Source: Candidatus Hydrogenedentota bacterium (GTDB taxonomy: Bacteria > Hydrogenedentota > Hydrogenedentia > Hydrogenedentales > CAITNO01). From it: DNA of 64,000 bases. The stretch is from assembly GCA_029776995.1 (NCBI GenBank), contig JAKOTZ010000030.1, positions 4,355 through 68,354 of the forward strand, read 5' to 3'. A program made the position numbers and the translations under genes. Below the pieces are notes generated by a model. That model was not told where the DNA came from. It did not search any database and saw only the letters and a program-made list of their open reading frames with translations. How positions within the stretch are numbered: the first letter of the stretch is position 1; each line of letters opens with the position of its first letter. Of this stretch, positions 9,583 through 19,481 are shown in pieces.

Positions 9583-10626
9583 ATGCGTAAAAGATCCGGA
9601 TTTACCCTCATCGAACTGCTGGTAGTGATCGCCATCATCGGAATTCTGGCGGCCATTCTGCTGCCGGCGCTGGCCCGGGCCCGTGAAGCGGCCCGCCGTT
9701 CGTCCTGTCAGAACAACCTGAAGCAGTGGGGGCTCATTTTCAAGATGTACAACAATGAAGCCCGCGGCGCGTTTCCTCCCCTGCAGTGCTACCGGGACCG
9801 GAACGGCAACATCGACGATGCTTTCGCAGCCGGTCCGTCCGTGTATGCCATTTACCCGGAATATCTCTCCGACGTGAACATTGTGCTGTGCCCCTCGGAC
9901 GCGGAGTTGAGCGAACATCAGCGGCGGCTGTTTTTCCAGGCCGGAGAGACCGGCGGCCCTGAAGGCGCTCCCCGGCTGGCGTGGGATCCTTCCATGGTAG
10001 ACTGTTCCTATGCGTATCTTGGCTGGGTGTTTGACCGGGCGGAAGAGTGCCGTCTGGCCAATGAGTTCGCTGTTGTAGCCCTGCTGTCAGGTTCCAATCT
10101 GCAGCCCACGCAGCCGGTGCCGGCCCAGGTTGGCGCCGCGCTGGACGGCCTGTTCTTCCAGCACCAGCAGGAGGTGATTGCGCTGTTTGGCGAGGGCGGC
10201 ATCAACGCGGCGAATCTTCCGACCGTGCTGGCGGCCATCGACTCAGACGTTAACCTTAATTACACCGGCAGCCAGTGGACCGCTTACGGTAACGGCGGCG
10301 GCAGCACCATCTATCGGCTGCGCGAAGGCATCGAGCGTTTCCTGATCACCGACATCAACAATCCGGCAGCCAGCAACATGGCGCAAAGCACGCTGTGGGT
10401 CATGCTGGACGCGCTGGGCGCGGGTCCCTCGGGCGTGTATTTCAACCACGTGCCGGGCGGATGCAACGTGCTGTACATGGACGGTCACGTAGAGTTCAAA
10501 CGCTACATCGCGGTTCCCGGCATCGAGACGATGGATGCCGCCACGGCCACCCAGAAAATGTACGGGTGTGAATCCCCCGTCCTGCCGACCGTGGCTGCCC
10601 TGGTGGGTGCCCTGTCCGGCCTGTGA
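9583..10626 (+). CDS. DUF1559 / prepilin-type N-terminal cleavage-methylation protein with H-X9-DG-like C-terminus
   Basis: [46 protein letters not shown]; [19 protein letters not shown]. Confidence 0.93.
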   Translation: MRKRSGFTLIELLVVIAIIGILAAILLPALARAREAARRSSCQNNLKQWGLIFKMYNNEARGAFPPLQCYRDRNGNIDDAFAAGPSVYAIYPEYLSDVNIVLCPSDAELSEHQRRLFFQAGETGGPEGAPRLAWDPSMVDCSYAYLGWVFDRAEECRLANEFAVVALLSGSNLQPTQPVPAQVGAALDGLFFQHQQEVIALFGEGGINAANLPTVLAAIDSDVNLNYTGSQWTAYGNGGGSTIYRLREGIERFLITDINNPAASNMAQSTLWVMLDALGAGPSGVYFNHVPGGCNVLYMDGHVEFKRYIAVPGIETMDAATATQKMYGCESPVLPTVAALVGALSGL

Positions 10627-10655
10627 TCTGAATTTTATAGTTGTTCCTTCTTCCA

Positions 10656-10689
10656 CCCCCGCTGTCCTGCCGCGGGGGCGGACTTTTTT
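10656..10689 (+). terminator. Probable intrinsic terminator
   Basis: GC-rich hairpin (CCCCCGC...GCGGGGG, or GTCCTGCC...GGCGGAC) followed by TTTTTTG. Confidence 0.55.
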
Positions 10690-10806
10690 GTTTAGGATAG
10701 GTACAGCCATGCTACGGTTTTAACCCATCCTTCGTAATGCGTTACACTGAAACAGGCTTCTGCCGAACGCGACGGTGAAGGTTCGTATCGCCAAAAGGAT
10801 AAGCAC

Positions 10807-11739
10807 ATGAAAACAATGGGAAGAAGGTCTTTTCTGGGTATGGCGGGAATGCTGAGCGCGGCGGGACTGGCCGTTTCATCCGCGAACGGAGCGGAAGGGG
10901 CGGAGTCTAATCAGCCCCCCTTCAAACTGAAGTACGCGCCACATTTCGGCATGTTTGAGAACCTGGCCGGTAAAGATCTGCTGGACCAGCTGCGCTTTGC
11001 CTGGGATCAGGGATTCCGGGCATGGGAAGATAACGGAATGCCGGGACGCCCTCCCAGGATGCAGGAAAAAATCGGCGCGGAAATGGCTCGGCTCGGCATG
11101 GAAATGGGCGTCTTCGTGGCCTGCGCCGACTTCGAAAACGTCACTTTTGTTTCTGATGATCCTGCTGTCCGGGAAAAATTGGTGGCGGATATGCGCAACG
11201 CCGTCGAGGTGGCCAAGCGGGTCAACGCGAAATGGTGCACGGTAGTTCCGGGACAGTACGACCGGAAGCTGCCCTGGGATTATCAGACCGCCAACGTGAT
11301 CGAAAACCTCAAATACTGCGCGGAGGTCTGTGAGCCCGCGGGACTGGTCATGGTGCTGGAACCGCTGAACCCCCACACGGACCACCCGGGACTTTTTTTG
11401 ACGCGCATTCCACAGGCGTACCAGATCTGCCGGGCGGTAAACAGCCCCTCCTGCAAAATTCTGGACGACCTGTACCACCAGCAGATTACCGAAGGCAACC
11501 TGATCCCCAACCTGGACCGCGCCTGGTCCGAGATTGCTTATATCCAGGTGGGGGACAATCCCGGGCGTAAGGAGCCCGGAACCGGTGAAATCAACTACCG
11601 GAATATTTTCCGCCACCTGCACCGGAAAGGATACGCCGGAATCGTGGGGATGGAGCACGGCATCGCCGGAGAAGGCCGGGAGGGCGAGCTCGCCCTCATC
11701 GCGGCGTACCGCGCGGCGGACGATTTTCCCACAACCTGA
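10807..11739 (+). CDS. Hydroxypyruvate isomerase-like TIM-barrel protein with Tat signal
   Basis: GRRSFLG twin-arginine leader; LEPLN, LDDLYHQQITEG, QVGDNPGRKEPGTGEINY, GMEH. Confidence 0.88.
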   Translation: MKTMGRRSFLGMAGMLSAAGLAVSSANGAEGAESNQPPFKLKYAPHFGMFENLAGKDLLDQLRFAWDQGFRAWEDNGMPGRPPRMQEKIGAEMARLGMEMGVFVACADFENVTFVSDDPAVREKLVADMRNAVEVAKRVNAKWCTVVPGQYDRKLPWDYQTANVIENLKYCAEVCEPAGLVMVLEPLNPHTDHPGLFLTRIPQAYQICRAVNSPSCKILDDLYHQQITEGNLIPNLDRAWSEIAYIQVGDNPGRKEPGTGEINYRNIFRHLHRKGYAGIVGMEHGIAGEGREGELALIAAYRAADDFPTT

Positions 11740-11768
11740 ATCCGGGCAATCCGTTGCCCCCTGGCGAC

Positions 11769-12386
11769 TTATGAACGGGCGGGTATGATGCCCCGGCTCT
11801 CGAGCAGGGATATCACGCTGCGTACGGATTCATCGACTGAAAGCGCCGCGGAGTCAATGACCAGTTCGGGATTCAGCGGCGGTTCATAGGGCGCGCTGAT
11901 GCCGGTGAACTCGGGAATCAGCCCCGCCCGGGCCTTCTGGTACAGTCCCTTGGGATCCCGGCTTTCGCATACGTCCAGGGCGCAATCGACATACACTTCA
12001 ATGAAATCCTCCCCGTTGATGGCGCGGGCCTGGTCCCGATCGGCCCGATAGGGGGAAATAAATGCCGTAATCGCGATCAGCCCCGCGTCCGCGAACAGTT
12101 TGGCGACTTCGCCGATACGCCGGATGTTTTCCTGGCGGTCCTCCGGCGAAAACCCCAGGTTTTTGTTAAGCCCGTGCCGGATGTTATCACCATCCAGTAC
12201 ATATGCGCGGATGCCCCGTTCAAACAGGGCTTCTTCCAGGGCGCGGGCGATTGTGGATTTCCCGGAACCCGAGAGGCCGGTAAACCACACGACCGCGCCG
12301 CGGTGGCCGTTCAGCCGCTCCCGATCCATCCGGGTGATATTTCCTTCGTGCCAGGTAATATTCGTGGCCTTCTGTTCACTGGACAT
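11769..12386 (-). CDS. cysC: Adenylyl-sulfate kinase
   Basis: [49 protein letters not shown]. Confidence 0.96.
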   Translation of the reverse strand: MSSEQKATNITWHEGNITRMDRERLNGHRGAVVWFTGLSGSGKSTIARALEEALFERGIRAYVLDGDNIRHGLNKNLGFSPEDRQENIRRIGEVAKLFADAGLIAITAFISPYRADRDQARAINGEDFIEVYVDCALDVCESRDPKGLYQKARAGLIPEFTGISAPYEPPLNPELVIDSAALSVDESVRSVISLLESRGIIPARS

Positions 12387-12563
12387 GATAAATCTCCTTT
12401 ATTTGATCGTAAAACTAATGAATTGTATCAAAAATTCCCCTCGATAAGGTAATTATGCGCTTCAAGTCAGGTTTCATCTTTCAAAATTTTCTTCCATACC
12501 TGCCGGAACCGTAAATGGCTGTCCGGCCGTTCCATTTTGTTTTTGGATAGCCGGGAAATATAA

Positions 12564-12593
12564 TTGCGGACCGGGATGGATTCAGGTTACAAT
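12564..12593 (+). promoter_or_regulatory. Sigma70-like promoter for the phoH operon
   Basis: TTGCGG-N18-TACAAT about 38 nt upstream of the ATG. Confidence 0.5.
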
Positions 12594-12631
12594 TTTACCG
12601 GAAAGATAAGGAGCGAAACGTAACTCAGTCC

Positions 12632-13708
12632 ATGAATGAACAGCATCACGCGCGTGGCGCGGATGTGCCGGCTGGAAAAAGCGTCCAGGAATACGCGCAT
12701 ACGCTAACACACGAATTCGAGTTGCACAGCCAGGAAGAGGCGCTTCGGTTACTGGGATTTAATGGTGAACTCCGTCGCCGTCTGCAGGATCAGGCGGGAG
12801 TCCGAATCGTAGACCGGGGCACCCGGGTGGTGATCATCGGGGAAGAAACGGATGCGGCGGTAGCGGGGATTGCCCTCCAGGGGATACTGGATGCGGTGAG
12901 GATGGGCCATACCCCAACAGTAGATGACGTGGATATCGCCGTGTCCGTGGCCCGGGACCGCGAGCAGCGCGCGCTGGGGCGGATGCTGGCAGAACGTCCG
13001 GCCGCCATACGCGCCGACGTGAACATACGCCCCCGCACCCGGGGACAGCACCGTTATCTGGAGGCCATACACCGCCATGACATTACGCTTGCGGTCGGTC
13101 CGGCCGGAACAGGCAAGACGTTCCTGGCCATGGCCGCAGCGGTATCCGCCCTGCTCAACCGTGAGGTCAAACGGCTGGTGCTGACCCGACCGGCGGTGGA
13201 AGCCGGTGAACGGCTGGGCTTTCTGCCCGGGGACCTGGAACAGAAGGTAAACCCCTACCTGCGGCCGCTGTATGACGCCCTGTTTGTGCTTTTAGACATG
13301 GAACGGGCGCGGCGCCTGATGGAACAGCAGTCCATTGAGGTGGCGCCGCTGGCTTTTATGCGGGGCCGCACGCTGGATCACGCGTTCATCATTTTGGATG
13401 AAGCGCAGAACACGACGGTAGACCAGATGCTGATGTTTCTGACCCGCCTGGGTACTGGATCAAGGGCGGTGGTCACAGGAGATATTACACAGGTGGACCT
13501 GCCCCGCGGCGTAGAATCAGGGCTGGGTCATGCGATGGGAGTCCTGGAAGGGGTTCCCGGCATCGGCGTGGTACGCCTGACAGGCCGGGATGTCGTCCGC
13601 CATCCGCTGGTACAGCGGATTATCGACGCGTATGAGACGGGTCCCAGATCCGGTAACGGGGGGCGTCCGGAACAAAACCCGGACGGCACGGCCACCGATG
13701 GACCGTAA
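12632..13708 (+). CDS. phoH: PhoH-family ATPase (YbeZ)
   Basis: GPAGTGKT, RPAVEAGERLGFLPGD, PLAFMRGRTL, ILDEAQN, GDITQVDLP, VVRHPLV. Confidence 0.95.
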   Translation: MNEQHHARGADVPAGKSVQEYAHTLTHEFELHSQEEALRLLGFNGELRRRLQDQAGVRIVDRGTRVVIIGEETDAAVAGIALQGILDAVRMGHTPTVDDVDIAVSVARDREQRALGRMLAERPAAIRADVNIRPRTRGQHRYLEAIHRHDITLAVGPAGTGKTFLAMAAAVSALLNREVKRLVLTRPAVEAGERLGFLPGDLEQKVNPYLRPLYDALFVLLDMERARRLMEQQSIEVAPLAFMRGRTLDHAFIILDEAQNTTVDQMLMFLTRLGTGSRAVVTGDITQVDLPRGVESGLGHAMGVLEGVPGIGVVRLTGRDVVRHPLVQRIIDAYETGPRSGNGGRPEQNPDGTATDGP

Positions 13709-16208
13709 CGGTCCGAATCCGCCGACCGATTGGCGGATCTGGGAGTCGATACCGGACGTGTATGCCCGGTTTACCGCCAGGCAGGCCCGGGTGGCGCGGG
13801 CAGGCGCTTTGGTATTGGCGTATGCGCTGTGCGTGGCGGCCCTGACGCGGGAACCTTCTTTCGACCGAGCGCTAACCGTAGACCTCAACGCTCCTGTTGC
13901 GGATCAGGAAATTCGGGCTGCGTTTTTTTTCGAATCCGTAGACCTGCAGCGCACTCTGGAAGCCCGCGAGGCGGCCATGGCCGAGGTTCCGGTGTATTAC
14001 CGGGTTGACGGAGCTGTCGTAAACGAGCAGATCCGAAAATTGCGGGAGCGCTTCGCGCTGGTCCAGCAGGCAAGGCCGGACGCGGAGCGTCGGATCCTGG
14101 AGCTTCTCCGGAATTCCACATCCGGCGACCAGGAAACAGATCTGATCAACCGGGCGATCACCCAGACCCTGGAATCCTGGCGGCAGAAAGATGAGTGGAA
14201 AACCTTGTCGGATTCGGACCTGCTGGCGCCATTCCTGATACCGGACCGGGCCAGCCTGCCGCGGCGGATATTCGAGCCGACGCAGGAACCGACAGACGCG
14301 CAGAACGCCGTTGCTGAAGATACCCGCCCCAGAAAAACTGTGAAGCTGGACCCGGACCCGCCCGCGCCCCTGACATTTTCCGACGCGGACCGACTGATGG
14401 CGCTGGCCGCTGATGCGCTGGAGCAGACCCTGAGTCAGGGGGTGCGGCCGGAACTGCTTCCGGCGGACGGTGATACCCTTCGCGTGGTTATCCAGCGCGG
14501 ACCGGGAAAATCCGCTGAGGCTCACCGTGACGTGGCGGAAACGCGGCTCAGCCAGATCAATGACCCGAAACAGGCGATGGAGGCATTCAGCAACCAGTTG
14601 ACCTCCCTGATCCGACAACAGGCTGGAACCGGCGGCGCGGAAAGCGGGCAATCCCAGTGGGCCAGCGGGCATGACGCGATACTTACTCTCAGCCGGGACC
14701 TGATCGTGCCTACGCTGGTGGAAGATAAGGTGGCTACAGCAACAGCGCGAGCGCGCGTTGCCGAAGGCACCCCTCCCGTGATGAAGGAGATCGAAGCGGG
14801 AGAAATCATCCAGGACCGGGGACGCCGGTGGACGGCCCAGTCCAGATCGGACGTGGAAACCTATCTGAAACTGCTGGCAGGAACCAATAAACCCTGGCAG
14901 CGCTTTACCGGAACGCTGGTGGCCAACGCGCTACTGGTGGCGCTGGCGCTGCTGGCCTGGTGGCGGATAACCTCTTTTGTGGGACGGGTTCCGGCATTGG
15001 TGGGGTGCGCGGGAATGACGACGCGGAAGTCCTTTGCCCTGGGCGTTACCCTGTTAACCGTGCTGCTGATCACGGCGCGGGTTTTTCTGTATTTTGAACC
15101 CAGCGGTTACCTGGTGCCGGCGGCGGCCGCGGCCATTCTTTTTGTCATCCTGGGAGGGCCTATCCGGGCCAGTATGTTTTCTCTGCTGGCGGCCGTGCTG
15201 GTTTCGGACCTGTTTCAGTACAACTGGCGGCTGATGCTGGTGCTGGGCGCGATGGCCTGTGCCGGAGGCTTCGCGGTCAGCCGGGTCCGCCGGCGCGGCG
15301 ACATGACCGCGGCGGCCGTGGCGGCAACCATTGCGGGGTTGGTGGCTTCGGTGGCGGTAACGCTTTCCATGGAGTCCCTTTTCAGCGAGAACTTCCTGCG
15401 GCGCGGCGGGCTGATTATCCTCAATGGAGGCCTGTGCGCGATCGTGGTTCCGGGATTGCTGTCGCCCCTGGAACGGCTGTTCAGGATCACAACCGACATC
15501 ACCCTGCTCGAATACTCAGACCTGAATAATCCGCTGCTGGGTCAGCTGGCAATGCGCGCTCCGGCCACCCATGCCCACAGCCTGATGATGGGGCAGCTTG
15601 CGGAAGCGGCAGCCGACGCCATTGGCGCGAACGGGCTGCTCGCCAGAGTCTGCGCCTATTACCATGACATTGGCAAAATGTCGCGGTCTGAGCTGTTCGT
15701 GGAGAACCAGAACGGCGTAAATATTCATGATCAGCTTGACCCGAAGGAAAGCGCCGCGCTGATTCGCAGGCACGTGCTGGAAGGTGCGTCGATGGCCCGC
15801 CGGTACCGGCTTCCGGAGCCGCTGGTGGATGGCATACTGGAACATCACGGCACCACTACGATCGCTTACTTCTACGCGAAGGCGCTGGAACGTTACGGGC
15901 AGGACAATGTAAATCCGGAGGAATTCCGCTATCCCGGCCCCCGGCCGCGCCGCGCGGAAACGGCCATCCTGATGATCTGCGACGCGGTGGAGTCCAGCGT
16001 GCGGACGCTGGACCATCCCACGCCGGAATCGGTACGGGCGCTCGTCCGGAAATTCGTGGACCTGCGGCTCTCCGAGGGGCAGTTCGATGACTGCGACCTG
16101 ACGCTGAAACAGCTGACCGCCGTGGTAGACGTGCTTACCCGCACGGTTATGTCCATGATGCACGCGCGGATGAAATACCCGTCCCTGCCGCCGGTAGCAA
16201 GGAGCTGA
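13698..16208 (+). CDS. pgpH: 7TM-HD phosphohydrolase (YqfF/PgpH family, c-di-AMP phosphodiesterase-like)
   Basis: 7TM region, then APATHAHS, YYHDIGK, EHHGT, FRYPGPRP, MICDAVES; start set at the ATG that overlaps the phoH end. Confidence 0.9.
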   Translation: MDRNGPNPPTDWRIWESIPDVYARFTARQARVARAGALVLAYALCVAALTREPSFDRALTVDLNAPVADQEIRAAFFFESVDLQRTLEAREAAMAEVPVYYRVDGAVVNEQIRKLRERFALVQQARPDAERRILELLRNSTSGDQETDLINRAITQTLESWRQKDEWKTLSDSDLLAPFLIPDRASLPRRIFEPTQEPTDAQNAVAEDTRPRKTVKLDPDPPAPLTFSDADRLMALAADALEQTLSQGVRPELLPADGDTLRVVIQRGPGKSAEAHRDVAETRLSQINDPKQAMEAFSNQLTSLIRQQAGTGGAESGQSQWASGHDAILTLSRDLIVPTLVEDKVATATARARVAEGTPPVMKEIEAGEIIQDRGRRWTAQSRSDVETYLKLLAGTNKPWQRFTGTLVANALLVALALLAWWRITSFVGRVPALVGCAGMTTRKSFALGVTLLTVLLITARVFLYFEPSGYLVPAAAAAILFVILGGPIRASMFSLLAAVLVSDLFQYNWRLMLVLGAMACAGGFAVSRVRRRGDMTAAAVAATIAGLVASVAVTLSMESLFSENFLRRGGLIILNGGLCAIVVPGLLSPLERLFRITTDITLLEYSDLNNPLLGQLAMRAPATHAHSLMMGQLAEAAADAIGANGLLARVCAYYHDIGKMSRSELFVENQNGVNIHDQLDPKESAALIRRHVLEGASMARRYRLPEPLVDGILEHHGTTTIAYFYAKALERYGQDNVNPEEFRYPGPRPRRAETAILMICDAVESSVRTLDHPTPESVRALVRKFVDLRLSEGQFDDCDLTLKQLTAVVDVLTRTVMSMMHARMKYPSLPPVARS

Positions 16209-16209
16209 C

Positions 16210-16686
16210 ATGGCGCACGAAATTATTCTGGAAATCTGCCACTGGTCCCGGCATAAATACCTCTACCGGAGAGCGGACCTGATATCCATTGCCCAAAAAG
16301 CCCTGGTGTACTGTAATCGCCCGAAACGGTCTGTTATCATCAGCATGATGATCTGTGACGACAATGATATTACCCGGTTAAACCAGATCTGGCGGAAGAA
16401 AAACGGTCCGACCGACGTGCTGGCATTCCCCGCGGCGCCGGTGCCCGGTCCCGGACCCGAGTTACTGGGAGATATCGCGATCTCGTTCGAAACCGTAATG
16501 CGCCGCCAGCAGGATGACCGGGTGGCGGCCCGGCGGGAAATCCGCCTGCTTTTCTGCCACGGTATGCTGCATCTTCTGGGCATGGACCACGAAACCGATG
16601 CGGACCGCGCGGCCATGCAAAAAGCTCAGGCCCATATACTGGGAATTCCGGAAGAGGACGCCTGGATTGCCGATGACGTCCATTAG
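16210..16686 (+). CDS. ybeY: rRNA maturation endoribonuclease YbeY
   Basis: LNQIWRKKNGPTDVLAF, LGDIAIS, HGMLHLLGMDH. Confidence 0.93.
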   Translation: MAHEIILEICHWSRHKYLYRRADLISIAQKALVYCNRPKRSVIISMMICDDNDITRLNQIWRKKNGPTDVLAFPAAPVPGPGPELLGDIAISFETVMRRQQDDRVAARREIRLLFCHGMLHLLGMDHETDADRAAMQKAQAHILGIPEEDAWIADDVH

Positions 16687-18136
16687 ACACGCCACTGGAC
16701 CGGTGAAGGGAATCCGTCGTCCGTCGGGCGGCCGCCTGGTGCTGGCAGTGCCGGCCGTGGCCGCGGGGATCGCCCTGGCCGGCGGGACAGGCTCTGGATC
16801 AGCCCCGGCTACGGATTGGGCGAACGCCGCGGTGAATTTGTTGCCGCCGGGAAGAGGGCTGGCCGCGCTGACGCTGCTCGCAGCATCCGCTTTTTTCTCC
16901 GCTTCTGAAGTGGCCTTTTTCTCTACCAGCCGCGTGCGGTTTCGGGCGATGCGGGAACAGGGGAGACCGCTGGCCGTGATAGCCGCCCGCCTGATGGATG
17001 AGCCAAGCGCGGTGCTGGCAACCATCCTGATGGGCAACAGCCTGGTTAACGTGCTGCTGGGCATTACCCTTGGTGGGACGCTGGCAGGACTGCTGGAGAG
17101 GTCTCTTTCAGCCTCGCCAGGCGTATCCTATATCCTTTCGACGCTGCTGACCACGCTGGTGCTGGTTTTCTTCGGGGAGATGGTTCCCAAGGCGCTTACG
17201 CTTCGTCGGGCGGAACGGTTCGCCCAGCTGGCAGCGCCGGGCATCTGGCTGGCCGGACTGGTGTTTCGGCCCGTTCGGGGAGCCGTGACCTGGATGGTCG
17301 GGCTGCTGTTCCGGCTGACCCGCATCAGCGAACTTCCTCCAGCCCCGTTTCTGACGGATGAAGAATTCTTACTGGTGCTGGAGGATGGCGGAGCGCCTGG
17401 CGTCATTGAGGAAGACGAACGCCAGATGATCCGCGGCATCCTGCAGTTCGGGGACAAAACCGTGCGGGACATCCTGGTTCCCCGGATGGACATGGTGGCT
17501 CTTCCGGACACCGCCACGGCGGCTGACGCGCTGGCGGTATTCCGGGAGCAGGAATACGCCCGCATGCCGGTGTACCGGGACAACCTCGATACCATCCTGG
17601 GCATTGTGTACGCGAAAGACCTGTTGCGGTGCCTGGATGACGGCCGGATGGAAACGCCCGTCACGGCCCTGATGCGGCCGGTTCATTTTGTGCCTGAGAC
17701 CATGACCCTGGCGGATTTCATGAAGCATGTTCAGCGGTACCACGCGCACCTGGCGGTAGTCGTGGATGAATACGGGGGAACCCGGGGACTGGTTACGCTG
17801 CAGGACGCGCTGCGTGAAGTTGTGGGGGACATCGGCGACGACAGCGAAGAGTCTGAAGAGCCCCAATGCGTGCAGGTGGGTCCGGGGGAATACCTGGCGG
17901 ATGGTTCGTACAGCCTGGAAAAACTGGAAGACCTGATTGGCATCCGCGCCGATGACGAGGAACACACGACCCTGGCAGGGTTTCTGATGTCGCGGGCGGA
18001 ACGGGTGCTGAGTCCCGGCGACCGGCTGGAACTGGACGGCGTGGTGTACCGGATCGAATCCATGAACGACAAACGGGTAACCCGGGTACGACTCTGGGTT
18101 CGGGAACATGCGGAGTCCAGGGAGGACGAAGCATGA
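16673..18136 (+). CDS. CNNM/CorB hemolysin-family protein (DUF21-CBS-CorC/HlyC)
   Basis: AFFSASEVAFFS, GNSLVN, FGEMVPKAL, MVPRMDMV, AVVVDEYGGTRGLVT, TTLAGF. Confidence 0.92.
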   Translation: MTSIRHATGPVKGIRRPSGGRLVLAVPAVAAGIALAGGTGSGSAPATDWANAAVNLLPPGRGLAALTLLAASAFFSASEVAFFSTSRVRFRAMREQGRPLAVIAARLMDEPSAVLATILMGNSLVNVLLGITLGGTLAGLLERSLSASPGVSYILSTLLTTLVLVFFGEMVPKALTLRRAERFAQLAAPGIWLAGLVFRPVRGAVTWMVGLLFRLTRISELPPAPFLTDEEFLLVLEDGGAPGVIEEDERQMIRGILQFGDKTVRDILVPRMDMVALPDTATAADALAVFREQEYARMPVYRDNLDTILGIVYAKDLLRCLDDGRMETPVTALMRPVHFVPETMTLADFMKHVQRYHAHLAVVVDEYGGTRGLVTLQDALREVVGDIGDDSEESEEPQCVQVGPGEYLADGSYSLEKLEDLIGIRADDEEHTTLAGFLMSRAERVLSPGDRLELDGVVYRIESMNDKRVTRVRLWVREHAESREDEA

Positions 18137-19416
18137 CGGGAGTCTTTACGGTCATCGCGTTCATTGGGTTGATGCTGGCCCTTTCGGCCTTCTTCTCCGG
18201 CTATGAGACCGGTTTTCTCTCCAGCAATCCGATTCGGGTTCGGCGGATCGCGGAAGAGGATAAAGATCCCCGGGCGCGTCGGATCCTTCAGTATTATGAC
18301 CATCCGGACAAACTGATTACCGCCATTCTGGTTGGCAACAACCTGACTGTCGTGGCCGGTTCAATCACCCTGGCCATCGTGCTGGGGGACGCATGGGCGA
18401 CGGTTGTGGGCGTGCCGCTGTTCCTGTTTTTTGGGGAGGTGGTCCCCAAAAGCCTGTTTCGGCTGCATCCTACCCCGTTCACGCTGGTATGCGAACCCCT
18501 GATGCACTGGTTTGACCGCCTGTTGCTTCCGATAGTGGTTCCGCTGCACCGGCTGACCCACGCGCTGTTTCCCCATCTGGGCGTGGAACGGGGAGGCGCT
18601 AAACGCCTTTTCAATTCGCTGGAGGAAATGCGCGCGCTGGTGGATGAAAGCGCAGACCGGGGTTCCCTGGACGAAGCGGAACAGGAGATGATCCACTCGG
18701 TCATCGATCTGCAAAAGATGCAGGCGAAGGATGTCATGGTTCCGCGGATCCGGGTCGTAGCGCTGCCCATAACCGCCACGCGGAATGAACTGATGGCGCT
18801 GTTCCGCCAAAGCGGCAAAACCAGGATCCCCCTGTACGAAGGCAGTGTGGATAAGATTGTCGGCCTGGCATCAGCGTTTGACCTGCTGACGGATCCGGAT
18901 CCGGACAACCAGGATGTCCGTCGGCTGGTTCGGCCGGTCCTGCATGTGCCGGATACCATGAAACTGGACGACCTGCTGGAGACCATGCGCCGCGAACGGC
19001 AGCATATGGTTGTGGTGGTGGATGAATTCGGCGGCACGGACGGCATTATCTGCATTGAGGATATTCTGGAGCAGATTTTCGGTGAAATACATGATGAGTA
19101 TGACGAACAGCGCGCCCAGATCCGCCGGATCGGACCGCACGCCTTCCTTGTTGACGGCTTGACCTCACTGGAGGAGTGCGCTGAAACGGCTGGAATCCCC
19201 ATAACTGATCCGGATGTCTCAACCGTGGGCGGCTGGGTGTGCCATCTGGCCGGCCGGATCCCCCGCCGGGGTGAAGTCATCCGGTCCCCCTTCGGCCTTA
19301 TAACGGTATTGGAAGGCTCGCCGACCCATGTCCGGCTGATCCGGCTCGAAATCTTCCCTGAAATGACACGGAACCTGCCGGACACGGCGCCGCCTTCCGA
19401 TTCTGGCAGGCCGTAA
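18133..19416 (+). CDS. Second CNNM/CorB hemolysin-family protein
   Basis: AFFSGYETGFLS, GNNL, FGEVVPKSLF, VMVPRIRV, VVVDEFGGTDGI; ATGA overlap. Confidence 0.92.
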   Translation: MTGVFTVIAFIGLMLALSAFFSGYETGFLSSNPIRVRRIAEEDKDPRARRILQYYDHPDKLITAILVGNNLTVVAGSITLAIVLGDAWATVVGVPLFLFFGEVVPKSLFRLHPTPFTLVCEPLMHWFDRLLLPIVVPLHRLTHALFPHLGVERGGAKRLFNSLEEMRALVDESADRGSLDEAEQEMIHSVIDLQKMQAKDVMVPRIRVVALPITATRNELMALFRQSGKTRIPLYEGSVDKIVGLASAFDLLTDPDPDNQDVRRLVRPVLHVPDTMKLDDLLETMRRERQHMVVVVDEFGGTDGIICIEDILEQIFGEIHDEYDEQRAQIRRIGPHAFLVDGLTSLEECAETAGIPITDPDVSTVGGWVCHLAGRIPRRGEVIRSPFGLITVLEGSPTHVRLIRLEIFPEMTRNLPDTAPPSDSGRP

Positions 19417-19454
19417 ATAATAAAAGGCGCCCACAGCGCAAAGCTGCGGACGCC
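19417..19454 (-). terminator. Intrinsic terminator between convergent genes
   Basis: Minus strand GGCGUCCGCAGC-UUUGC-GCUGUGGGCGCC (12-bp stem with two G.U pairs) followed by UUUUAUUAU. Confidence 0.8.
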
Positions 19455-19481
19455 GAATTTCTGGCGAATCAGCGCAGTCGG

